From Zygophlyctis sp. KS116 (taxonomy: Eukaryota; Fungi; Chytridiomycota), in assembly GCA_054661495.1 (NCBI GenBank), contig BAAFSQ010000008.1:60001-92000 (forward strand): 32,000 bases of DNA, given 5' to 3'. Positions 24,123 to 32,000 of the stretch are shown piece by piece. Under the pieces are notes generated by a model. The model worked only from the letters and a program-made list of their open reading frames with translations, searched no databases and was not told where the DNA came from. A program made the position numbers and the translations under genes. Numbering within the stretch: position 1 is the stretch's first letter; each line of letters opens with the position of its first letter.

Positions 24123-25283
24123 ATGTCAGGAAGGGACCGATTAGGAGATCTAAGAGTAAGATTCAGAGATGATCTAAATCCAATAGAATAATTCAAACGG
24201 ATATGGAAATCGGGCAAGTTCCCAGAATGATAGAGTAAGGAATCATCAGACAATTGAGATGGAGGGAATCTCATCAAGAACTTCAAGCACTAGGGGATCA
24301 CCTAGATCTGGGGATATGTCATCAGAGAGTAGTCCTTCATATGCTAGTCCTAGAGGTAATAATGAATTCAATCAGGAGGTAATAATTAAAAATTTAATAG
24401 TTTCAGGTGGAATTTATTGAACAAAGCATTTCTCAAATCAGATCAAACATTCAATCTATCCAAAAATTACATTCCAGAGCTCTAGATGCTGCTAATCCGA
24501 ATGAGCAGAAAAGTAAAAGTTTAAAATGTTAATGTTAGATGTTACCAATCAAGTTGATAGAGCTCAGGATGATACTAATCGCTTAATTTCAGAAACTAGA
24601 GATCGACTACAAAGGCTTGCATCAGCTACCAAATCTTCATCCGGTAGTGAAGCTAGAGTCCGAAAGGCAAAACAATCTGAAATAGCCAAATCGTTTATGA
24701 AGGTTGTTGAATCTTATCAAAGTATGCAATCAAGTTCTAGAAAAGAGTATCGTAAAAGAGTCGAAAGAGAATTAAAGATTGCAAAACCTGATGCTACTCC
24801 TCAAGAAATTGAACGTGCTCTAGATTCTAGATCTGGAGGAGTTTTTGCTCAGCAAATGCTCTCGGGTGCATCAAATCAAAGAATTTTAGCTCAAGTCAAG
24901 GGAAGGCACGAGGAAATCCTAAAATTGGAAGAATCAATAAATGATCTTGTAAATCTATTCCAAGAAATGCAATTATTGATTGATGTAATTTTTTCAAATT
25001 CTAATTCTAGTCTCAGCAAGAGCTTATCTCTACAATTGACACTCATATCGAATCTTCAGCAGTGGATATTCAAGAAGCATCAAGAGAAGTATCTAAAGCC
25101 ATTGATTACAGGAAAAGATCTCGAAAGAAATGGCGATGGTGCTGTTTGTTATTCATAATTCTGATTATCGTTGGAGGTGTTGTATTATACTTATTTGTAA
25201 TCCAACCACAACTGAAACAGAATGCACAAGGAACACAAGGAGCACAAGGAACACAAGGAACACAAGGAACACAAGGCAAATAA
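24123..25283 (+). CDS. SSO1: Plasma-membrane syntaxin (Qa-SNARE, Sso1/2-like)
   Basis: N-peptide MSGRDRLGDLR, IAKPDATPQEI, RHEEILKLEESINDLVNLFQEM, RKKWRWCC plus TM. Introns 24156-24186, 24379-24406, 24513-24538 and 24985-25010. Confidence 0.92.
25224..25277 (+). repeat. Coding 9-nt repeat (R)CACAAGGA x6 encoding (A/T)QG
   Basis: Read directly after the syntaxin TM segment. Confidence 0.9.
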
Positions 25284-25388
25284 ATTTAGCATTTCATCTC
25301 TGAGACTAAAATATTATTTGAATATTCTCCAACTTGAATAACCGGTGCAGATTTGAGTGAGAATTTGACAATCCCTGAAACTTGAAAA

Positions 25389-25595
25389 ATGTCTCCTAAA
25401 AAGATCAATGCAGATGTTGAATCCCTGCTCTCTCAAGATATTGAAGAATCTTCCCCTAATTACAGGAAAATAGCAAGGAACAGGTGCGGATGGATCATTT
25501 TACTTAGCATCATAATCATCGGACTCTTATCTTTTATAATTTACAGAGAAATAGCTGCCCCACTTAAAGAATACTATGAATTCAAAAAGGAATAA
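25389..25595 (+). CDS. Small single-TM protein (68 aa), unknown function
   Basis: AAAAATG context. Basic stretch followed by one TM helix. Fills the gap between genes. Confidence 0.55.
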   Translation: MSPKKINADVESLLSQDIEESSPNYRKIARNRCGWIILLSIIIIGLLSFIIYREIAAPLKEYYEFKKE

Positions 25596-25618
25596 TCTTG
25601 TATTTTGCATGCTACAAA

Positions 25619-26277
25619 TCATAAACTTTTATTTCTCTTTTTATAATCCATTGGAGACTCATAATTTTCTTGAGCCCACATTCCAATCTTTTTAGTTTTT
25701 GCCACAGTCTCTGCCTTTACTAATTCATCCCTTTTTCTAGATTTGGTATATTAAAATTACCCATCAAAAGATGCTAAACTCCCATCATAAACACACGCAA
25801 GTCCTTGTTTAACCATTTCCAATGATACATTCCTCTTTACGGGAAAAAACCACCAAACCTTTTTCTCTACAATGACTATATTTAGAGAGTATTTATATAC
25901 CAGAACCAATGATCCTATCATACTGATCTTTCTTTAATAATTTAACAGTCACAGATTTTCCAAGTAAATAATCAGAGAGCCAATTCTTTGCTTCTTGAGA
26001 ATATGGTTGAGGAGTTTTCCCAAAATGTCCCATCTAAAACATTATTAAAATAAATTACTTCTGGAGCATCTACCCCTGCTAATCTAACTGAAAGAGTTGT
26101 TGGAACTCGGACAAGAGGATATTTCGGATAATGCAATATTCTAAATCCATCCCCATCTCCAACTCTAGTCACTAATCCCACAATACTCACATTTCTTAAA
26201 AACCAAGAGTCTGGAATTTCTTTAACAGTTTTAAACGCAACGAGAGAGTATTTAATTCGACTTAGCCAGTGCAACAT
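25619..26277 (-). CDS. LCL3: Lcl3-like staphylococcal nuclease (SNase) family endonuclease
   Basis: VTRVGDGDGFR, VRLAGVDAPE|MGHFGKTPQPYS, KDQYDRII, NVSLEMVKQGLA, KKIGMW. Introns 26034-26058, 25876-25900 and 25737-25760. TGA at 25619-25621. Confidence 0.88.
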
Positions 26278-26803
26278 TTTGATTTTTTTTAAATTGTCCT
26301 GGAGACTGAAAAGTTGAAGACCAAATCCCTTTTTTAGCTGTAGATGCTTCTTCCTGAGCCTTTAAAAATAACTCTTTTAAATCCCCAAATTCACTTCCCC
26401 TTCCTACATATACTACAGAGAGTCCATTTTTTACAGACTCCAAGCATAAATTCCTCTTTATCCAAGGAACAATTAAAGGAAAATCATAAACCATTCCTAT
26501 TAATCTACCATACTGATCTCTAGAAAATAATTGAATTAAAATAATCTTGTTTAATGTTTGATTTAGAAAATCTCTTGATTCTAAAGAAAACGGTTGACCT
26601 GGACTATTATTTTTCAGAGTTTCAGGGGCATCAATTCCAGCAAGTCTAAGAGATATTTTAGATTTACAAGATTTAGATTTAAAAAAATTAAATATAGAAA
26701 TAGGAGTAAAGTGGAGGGAATCCCCATCAATAACATGATCTACTCTTCCTAGAATATAGGAATTGGGTTTGAAAGAAGACAAGTCTGGATTAAACAATAT
26801 CAT
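26252..26803 (-). CDS. Second SNase/Lcl3-like nuclease, intronless
   Basis: VIDGDS, LRLAGIDAPE, GQPFS, RDQYGRLIG, KKGIWS. Confidence 0.88.
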   Translation of the reverse strand: MILFNPDLSSFKPNSYILGRVDHVIDGDSLHFTPISIFNFFKSKSCKSKISLRLAGIDAPETLKNNSPGQPFSLESRDFLNQTLNKIILIQLFSRDQYGRLIGMVYDFPLIVPWIKRNLCLESVKNGLSVVYVGRGSEFGDLKELFLKAQEEASTAKKGIWSSTFQSPGQFKKNQNVALAKSN

Positions 26804-26847
26804 CTCAAAGAGTTTCTGGAATTAAGTCTAGGGTGACAAATGAGGAG

Positions 26848-27390
26848 ATGAGGGTTATGTATTTTGGATTTTTTGGATTTTTGGGAATTTTTGGAATTTT
26901 GTACTTGTTTTTTAGACCTCTTGCTCCAGAATTAGAGACTGGGAAGAAAAAAAAGAGAAAGAAGAAGGCTAAAGTTGTAAAAGACACGCAAGTTGTAAAA
27001 CAAGTTGTAGATTTAGACTATAAAACTGTTGATACTCTAGAGGATAATGTAGAACCAAATGTAGAACCAGAGAGTCAAACTAGGAAATTCTTTGAGAGGG
27101 AGACCATGGTAGAAGAGGATAGAGAGATGAGAGAGACTCAACAAGAAGATGAGCAGGGCAGACAAAGAAGGATTTTGGTCATTAAGCCACGGACATCAGA
27201 GTCTAAAGTCAAAATGAGTACTGGGAGGAAAAAGATGGAAGAAAATAGTCTGACAAAGAAGCAGAAGCAAAATTTAAGGAAAAAGGAAATTGAAAAGGCA
27301 ATCAAGAGTGAAAATGAGATTATGCAGAAGAAAAGACTAGAGAAATATAGGAGGGAGCAAGAAAAGGAGGCTTTAAAGAAACTTAAATAA
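26848..27390 (+). CDS. N-terminally anchored, Lys/Glu-rich coiled-coil protein of unknown function
   Basis: ATG at 26848. TM helix, then KKKKRKKK. C-terminal LTKKQKQNLRKKE coil. Confidence 0.7.
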   Translation: MRVMYFGFFGFLGIFGILYLFFRPLAPELETGKKKKRKKKAKVVKDTQVVKQVVDLDYKTVDTLEDNVEPNVEPESQTRKFFERETMVEEDREMRETQQEDEQGRQRRILVIKPRTSESKVKMSTGRKKMEENSLTKKQKQNLRKKEIEKAIKSENEIMQKKRLEKYRREQEKEALKKLK

Positions 27391-27410
27391 AAAGAAATTT
27401 TAAATTTCTT

Positions 27411-28877
27411 TTATAAAATGAATGCTAAAATGGTAAAGATGATTGCCAATGAGGTGACCAAGGTTAACTCTCCAGATTGGGAAGGTTTTTTGGGAATGGG
27501 GCTGTTTTTGAATTGCTCATAGGTTTGAATAGGTCTAGAAGTATCATTCCATGCACAGCTAGGAGAGGTACAGAGACATTGGCATGCTGCTGGATCCCAC
27601 CATAATGTGTCACAATTGTCTGGGACTGGACACTTGTTTGTGTTTTTAGAAGGAGCGGGGTTTTGCAAAGAAGGATACTCTGATGGACAACCATAACAGG
27701 TATTTATAGTTCCATTTGGTAAAAAACAAGAGTCCATACCTATAATCTTAGTATTTTGGGGTACCTGTGGTTCCTAATCCGTTACAAATATTTGTTGGTG
27801 GTGCTGGATTTGGATTGCATTGCATATATGGTTGAGATCCTAGTTGAGATGCAGAGACTGGATTTTTCATATATTCAATCAATTGTGAAGGCGTAACCAT
27901 CCAAACATTAGGTCTAGACATTGCATAATCTAGGAAATCTCGCAATGCTTTTCCTTTTTCTGCACCATTTGGAATGGAAGGAGGAATAGCAGGACCAATC
28001 TTTTATTTAATTTAGTTAATCTTACCCAAACAGGATGCAAATAAACCCCAAAAGGTACTCTTCCATTTGCATAATGACTATCAAAAGTAGTACGATAAGC
28101 ATTTGTAACATCTTCAGGCTTCATTGGATTTGTCAAGGAAGGAGAATTAAAGATATCCATCAATTCAATTCCTGTATTTGCATTGACGGTATACATTGGA
28201 ACTTCCCATAAACCTTTCGCATCCAACCCTGGCTTTCCACAGATAGAAAGAATACCACCACAATCTGTGACAACTCCATAATCCATAGTATAAGGCCAAA
28301 TCTTTTCATTTGGAGACGCTGCAAGAGATGAATCCCATTCAAACCCCATCTTTGCAAGATTATTTAATGCTTCTACAGAATAATTTAAAAGAGGAAATCT
28401 TCCACCCTTAATTTTCCCTCTAGGAATTCCAGCCAAAGAGTTTGCCCAAGCTCTAAATCCCTCAAATTCCTGAAAAGAACTCGAGTCTGGCGGAGTATGC
28501 GAAACTGAATGATCTGCAATTTCATTCCCTTGTGCATACCATCTAGTAGCCAGTATAGGATCTGAATAATAAGCCTGAGTAAACCAAGTTGCTTTTGCGG
28601 GACAACCATTTGGATTTCTCCTATTTTCAAACAAACCTCTTGCTTGAGGCATCAAAGATTCTTGAATAGAATCATCAAATGTCAGCATCAGAAACTGTGG
28701 AGGATCCTGCACTGGAGGAGATGTAGAAGCACATCTACAACTTGGCAATTGACATTTTGAAGAATCACAATTATATCCTTCAAATGGATTATTTGATCCA
28801 ACAACTGGTCTTGCCCCTTCTTGAGCATTGACAATAGCATTCAAAAGACAAAGTGACCAGATCATACTTTCCAACAT
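27411..28877 (-). CDS. Secreted, likely GPI-anchored polysaccharide (chitin) deacetylase, CE4
   Basis: Signal peptide, CDSSKCQLPSCRC, PQFLMLTFDD, EIADHSVSH, RFPLL, LHPVW. Introns 28000-28025 and 27740-27764. Cys-rich C-domain and hydrophobic tail. Start is 28892, 28877 or 28865. Confidence 0.88.
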
Positions 28878-28932
28878 GTAAACAAACACCATCTTAAAAT
28901 AGCTTGACACGCAACCCCTTGCCCAACTCCTA

Positions 28933-29136
28933 ATGAATTTTATAATTTCATCACTTTTCCAAAAACCTCTCACTTCACTCTCTAGCACCTTCAATCCTCT
29001 CTTTACCAGTCTCAGAAATTACAGAGTCAAATCCTCATTGAAGAAACGATGCCAGCACTGCTTCTTTGTGACTAGAAAAGGAAAACTCAGAGTCATTTGT
29101 CATGAAAATCCACGACACAAGCAGAGACAGAAATAA
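28933..29136 (+). CDS. MRPL36: Mitochondrial ribosomal protein bL36m
   Basis: Acid-free presequence followed by [37 protein letters not shown]. Confidence 0.94.
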   Translation: MNFIISSLFQKPLTSLSSTFNPLFTSLRNYRVKSSLKKRCQHCFFVTRKGKLRVICHENPRHKQRQK

Positions 29137-29276
29137 AAAATATTTTTTACTTTACCTTTTTACAATTTTAGATTTACTAGACCAGTTTTTGCAAAACTCT
29201 CAGTAAAACTCTCAGTAAAAGGTTAGTAGGGCTATTAAGTAGTTATAAAATCTTTATAATATTAGAATTACACTGT

Positions 29277-30752
29277 ATGAAACAACTCTGTCAACTGGTC
29301 AACATTTATCTAAGATCTGGACTTGATACTGATAACCCAAATCTAAAAATGAAAGTTTTACAAAGAGACTCTATTTCTAGTGTTCACGAAGCATTTCATG
29401 AAGCTAGAAGTCTGGAATCTAGACTTAAATCAAACAAGTCTCAACTATTAAGACTCAGACTCTTGATAAAGGAATTTTCAAGTCTAGAAACTATTGGGAA
29501 TAATGTCCAGTTTCATCTAGAAAATTTCTTTGAAAAGGACTATTCTACAATTTGGGAATTTAAGATTCTAAATAATTCTGGAAAAATACTAGTTCAAGAC
29601 ACTGTAGACTCACAACAGCTAAAATTAATCTCGGATTTAACTCTGAAATTTCCCCAAAATACTGTTTTATTCGAATTTAAAGATGGATTTTACATTTTAG
29701 AATCTAAAAAACAAGTAGACAATATGTCACCTTCAAACATTAATGATTCATACTCTCTAATAGAATTTAAGAGGATAAAAAATCTAGAAGAACGAATTAA
29801 AAAACTCAAGACGCAAATTTCAGAATTTTTAAATTCTACTGCAGACTCTTTAAAAGTATTTAAAGAAATTTCAAAAAGTAATTTAAAAGCTAAAGAATTC
29901 AAGTTTTCTATTAGAGGAATAGAAGCTGCAATCATTGAAAATTCACATCAAATATTGGGAATCAAGGGAAAGATTAATAAAGTCAAAATGATTTTAAAGA
30001 ATAAATTGGACTCTTTACAAGACTCTAGGAATCAAGGGAAAGCTTTTGCTAAAAATTGCTTAAAAATCAGATCTTTAATTTTAAATAATAGAAATTCACA
30101 GTTTGAAATTTTTCAATCTCTAGCAAGAAAGCAAAAGGAACTGGCATTGGAAACTAGAAGAATTTTTCAAATTAATGAAAATTCAAATTCTATAAATGGA
30201 CTAATTCCAGACTTTTTTGAAAGAAATCAAGAAAAAATGTCTAGTGCTTTTGGACTTGTTGCTCACTTGATATCTGTTTTATTTAGTTTAAATAATCTCA
30301 GACCCAGATATCCAATGGTTTTAAAAGGATCTAGATGTAGCATAATTGATTATATATCAGAAACAAAGTCTTTTCCAATGTATTTTACTCTTTATTAAAT
30401 CATAGATATCCTCTTTATTCAAAAGGAATGGATCGTTCTAGGTTCGAATATGGTGTATTTTTACTAAACAAGAATATTCAACAAGTAATTCTTTAAAATT
30501 TATCTCTAGTTGTTAAAATATTTTGGTATTCCTTTAAAAAATAGACAGTTGCGTAGTACTCTTCATAATATTAATTTAATCTGGAAAGCAATTGAACAAG
30601 AACCTTTGATACCAGTCATTATGGAAGATTCAGAGTCTGTAACGACATCATTAGTTCTCATGGACAAAAGAGCGACATCTCCTCTAAAATATGATGTTTG
30701 GAGTGAGTCTGCCTTTCAGACTGATGATATGTTTAGGATCTTTGACGATTAG
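29277..30752 (+). CDS. UVRAG: UVRAG/Vps38 (Atg14-family) PI3K complex subunit
   Basis: Coiled coil, then SSAFGLVAHL...RYPM..KGSRCSIID, YPLYSKG..RSRFEYGVFLLNKNIQQ|LL. Introns 30380-30405 and 30485-30509. Confidence 0.85.
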
Positions 30753-30792
30753 AGCGATTTCGGAGATTTTTTCCGTGTGTATTAAATATAAA

Positions 30793-32000
30793 ATGGATGA
30801 TGATATTAATCATTTGATTGATCATCATCACTTGTCTGTAAAGAAACCAATTTTGCATCCTTCATTTGCTAGTCTCGTGTCATACATTTCTAGCGGAACT
30901 AGAGGATACTTGTTTGCCACTAGAAAAGTGTCGTCGGCTGCGTTTAACATTTTTCAATACTCCACATGGGTGTCTATAGATTTCACTCGACGTCTCTTTG
31001 TGAATGGAATTAGTGCTGTTATGACTGCTAGAATCAAGGCTCAGACACCGCAGGATGGTCAGCATCTTGATCATTTAAATTATTGGACAATTTGCTCTGT
31101 TGGATTTTTACAATCTACATTTTCTCTCACAGAATTATTAACAATGACGTCGTTTAATGTAGCTTCGGAAACTGTTAAATTCTCTCTGGAATCTGCAGAA
31201 TCAATGGTTAATTTGTTTGATGGTTTATTTGGTGATACGGAGACTTCTAAATGTATTGCGGCTTTTATAAGTCTATGGTGTGATTTACTAAAGTCAAGAC
31301 TAGTTGATATGGGTTATGGCAATACTACATTTGGACAAATGATGATGATGGGGCATATGGCTAAATCAATCATGGTAAAAATTATTTTAAATTTTGATGA
31401 CTAGGCATTCTGTTGTCTGCAACATGTTACACGAAAAAGATGGAAAGCTTCTATTAATTTAGTTCCAGTTTATAGTGGGAAACTCACAGAATCTGTTGAA
31501 TCTACCCCTGAGCAATCCCATGCTCTGTGGATTTCTTCTGTAAAGGAAGAATTGCAAAATTATGAAGATTCACTTTTAGATTCTAATGCTCCTTCAGAAG
31601 ATACCCGTGTTGATGAATCCTCAAAAGGTTTATCATGGATTGATTTCAGATTGGCTGACTCTTTAATGAAAACTCAACATGTTAGACGACGTTCAGTTGA
31701 TGAACTCTCTCATGAAATCGATACAGTCAAGAATCACGGTCGATCAAAAACTGTGCCTAATGTCGAGGAAAAGGAGGCTATTCAACTCTTTACAATGTTT
31801 GAGATGGAAAAGATCAGGTTGAAGAGCCATAAATTATCTCAAAATCAAGGCATTGAAGTTTCTGAACCACAAACTCCGCGACAAGTTTCTTCCACTGACG
31901 AATCACCCTTTCAAATTCCGGATTTAGTTCAATTTTTAGAGCAAGCAAACAGAGTATCTAAATTTGCTATTGGTGCTTACGGTACAAACATGATGAAAAT
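30793..32000 (+). CDS. N-terminal part of a probable fungal class-3 lipase-like protein; truncated by the window edge
   Basis: AAAATG at 30793. Intron 31375-31404. LFDGLFGDTETSKCIAAFI and terminal SKFAIGAYGTNMMK resemble the region preceding Lipase_3 domains. The catalytic motif is not in the window. Confidence 0.55.

Noticed and set aside
28893-28994. N-terminal extension of the deacetylase ORF overlapping bL36m
   Set aside because: It begins at a non-ATG codon, and the signal peptide starts at the downstream Met cluster (28892-28865).
28933-29136. Bacterial rpmJ indicating contamination or HGT
   Set aside because: It has a mitochondrial-type presequence and sits among intron-containing nuclear genes.
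1-32000. Fragmented ORFs as pseudogenes, frameshifts, sequencing errors or stop-codon reassignment
   Set aside because: Each break is resolved by a 23-31 nt GT-AG intron that restores the frame, and TAA, TAG and TGA all serve as true terminators.
1-32000. Transposons, viral genes, rRNA or a secondary-metabolite cluster
   Set aside because: No transposase, RT, capsid, PKS/NRPS motifs or long terminal repeats were seen.

Overview
Very AT-rich, gene-dense eukaryotic DNA, most consistent with an early-diverging (chytrid-like) fungus: it has fungal PSD2, Gti1/Pac2 and LCL3 genes together with TMEM128-like and HAUS8-like genes. I reconstruct about 24 protein genes and one tRNA-Ser(GCT). The ORF track is fragmented because genes are split by 53 hand-placed GT-AG introns, all only 23-31 nt long. 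These introns have donors reduced to GTA, many AAG acceptors and no polypyrimidine tract. Intergenic space is minimal: divergent ATGs 13 bp apart, overlapping CDSs, and tandem gaps of 25-40 bp. Other points of interest are a blocky CpG-poor/CpG-normal mosaic, a WOPR transcription factor with a KHA/beta-grasp-like tail, overlapping tandem SNase paralogs, tandem secreted DM13 proteins, an intronless GT61-like gene and a giant multi-Ig/ASH protein. All counts are by hand; no database searches were run.
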